NCBI RefSeq assembly: GCF_963921235.1
Contig: NC_086097.1
Location: forward strand, 68,822,001-68,886,000
Length of the DNA: 64,000 nt
DNA from: Mobula hypostoma
Taxonomy: Eukaryota
Direction of reading: 5' to 3'
Numbering within the stretch: position 1 is the stretch's first letter; each line of letters begins with the position of its first letter. The translations under genes and the position numbers were made by a program. Below, in pieces: positions 62,525-64,000 of the stretch. The notes under the pieces are model-generated. The model had not been told where the DNA came from and did not search any database. It worked only from the letters and a program-made list of their open reading frames with translations.

Positions 62525-64000
62525 TTTGTAATGATGTGGGTGTGGAGAGGATGGTTTCTATGGTGGGAGAGTCTAAGACCAGAGAATACAGCCTCAGGTA
62601 GAGGGGCATCATTTTAGAATGGAAATGAGGAAGGTGACAAACCTGTGGCATTCTTTGCCACATGAATCTGTGGAGGTCAAGTCCTTATGTATACTTAAGG
62701 CAGAGGTTGATAGACTCTTGATTGGTCAGGGCATGAAGAGTTACAGGGAAAGGGCAGGAGATTGGGGCTGAGAAAAATTGGATCAGCCATGATGAAATGG
62801 CCTAATTCTGCTCCTAAATCTTATGGTCTTATAATGACATCCCTTCATCTCAGCTCCTCCATCTCAGCTTCATCTGATCACAAAATGAGACTTTCTGTTC
62901 AAGGACTTCCGTATTGTCTTGGGTTACAGAATGATGCTGATCAGCTGGTAGGTTGGGGTAAGCAATAGCAAATGTGCAAAATGATGTATTTTGGGAGGTC
63001 TAATCAGAAGAAGAGAGAGACCTTTGTGTAAAAGTCCACAGCTCTCTAAAGATGACAACAGAAACCAAGAGGCTGGTGATGAAGGATTTCTTCTGTCATT
63101 GCAGAAGCTCTCACATATATTATCTAAGAGAAATATCCAATGGTGCATTCATCACCACCACCCCTAAAAAAACCTGAACTTTTATATTATGGATATGTGT
63201 ATTTTTACATTTCATATTGAATTTTTACATTTTGAATCTTGTAGGCAGTAGTGGCAATAGCGACTGGTTAATGGATAGAAAGCTAAGATTAGGAATGAAC
63301 AAGCCATAAATACTGGGGTGTTGCAGTGATTTGAGCTGGGGCCAAAAAGTGAATGTCAACAGCAATGTGATGTGAAAAGTGAGATTAATTCACTTTGGTA
63401 GAAAAGAACAGAAAGGTGGAGTACTTTAAAATAGTGAGAAATTAGAAGTTGTTGACTTTCAAAGGCATTTAGGTGGCTTGCATACAAATCACTGAAAATT
63501 AGCAAAGCATCAGTTAGCTTTCAATGCAAAAGGATTTGAACTCAAATCTGAGAACACTTGTTCCAGTCATCTGGATTCCAGATGAGACCACATCTGGCAT
63601 ATTGCGTATGAGATTTTCACCCTACCTAAGAAGTGATATACTTGCAATTAGGGAAGCACAACAAGGGTTCATCAGATTCATTCCATGGTGGTGGATTTAC
63701 TGTTTGAGAAGAGATTAGTCAGGCTAGGTCTAAACTGATTTTCAAAGTATGAAAGGTGATCTCTCCAGAGGCAGATCAGCAAACATTTAAGCAGAGAGAT
63801 ATTTTAAAAAGCTCAGCAAAGGTATGTTGTAATGAGAAAGAAAGGTCCTACAGAAAGGATGGATCAACTGGGGCTAATGAAGGAAGTAAGGATAGTATTA
63901 AATTGAAAGAGAAAGGCATAAAACACAAAGATTAGTGCTGGGGCAGAGTGTAATGAAAATTTAAGAAACCAGCAAAGGATAATTACAAAAAACATAAAAA
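62525..64000 (+). mobile_element. Several old CR1 fragments
   Basis: 3' end at 62525-62835 (VTNLWHSLP, UTR); RT remnants at 62910-63040 and 63250-63800 (LIHFGRK, QQGFIRFIP). Confidence 0.65.

Noticed and set aside
1..64000. Most ORF-track entries of 60-170 aa as genes; any prokaryotic system (operon, CRISPR array, defence locus)
   Set aside because: The ORFs are TE fragments, their antisense frames or random AT-rich frames. There is no repeat-spacer array or bacterial gene density, and the content is vertebrate intron.

Overview
This is AT-rich vertebrate DNA, not microbial. The repeat content (CR1 LINEs, Rex1/Babar, Penelope-like elements, HE1/V-SINE, Deu-type SINEs) points to a cartilaginous fish, probably a ray or skate; that assignment is an inference. 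The window appears to lie within the AKAP6 (mAKAP) gene on the minus strand. Two coding exons are visible (31360-31212, 149 nt; 25879-25759, 121 nt), with canonical AG/GT sites that splice in frame. I did not find the neighbouring exons, so the rest is treated as intron. Much of the window is transposon-derived: young and old CR1 copies, Rex1 fragments, three Tc1 elements (one full-length, 214-bp TIRs, 340-codon DD34E frame with 3 nonsense codons), several SINE types and many Penelope pLTR pieces. Most notable observations: (1) minimal hammerhead ribozyme motifs in the Penelope pLTRs, including two sense-strand intronic copies with complementary defects; (2) a Penelope+CR1 chimera inside one 11-bp target-site duplication; (3) a ~480-bp tail-to-tail CR1 inverted repeat 1.2 kb from an exon; (4) a locally templated 112-bp insertion with a 10-bp duplication; (5) a Penelope fold-back junction that truncates a Tc1. 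Family names come from recalled motifs, not database searches, and boundaries of old repeats are approximate.
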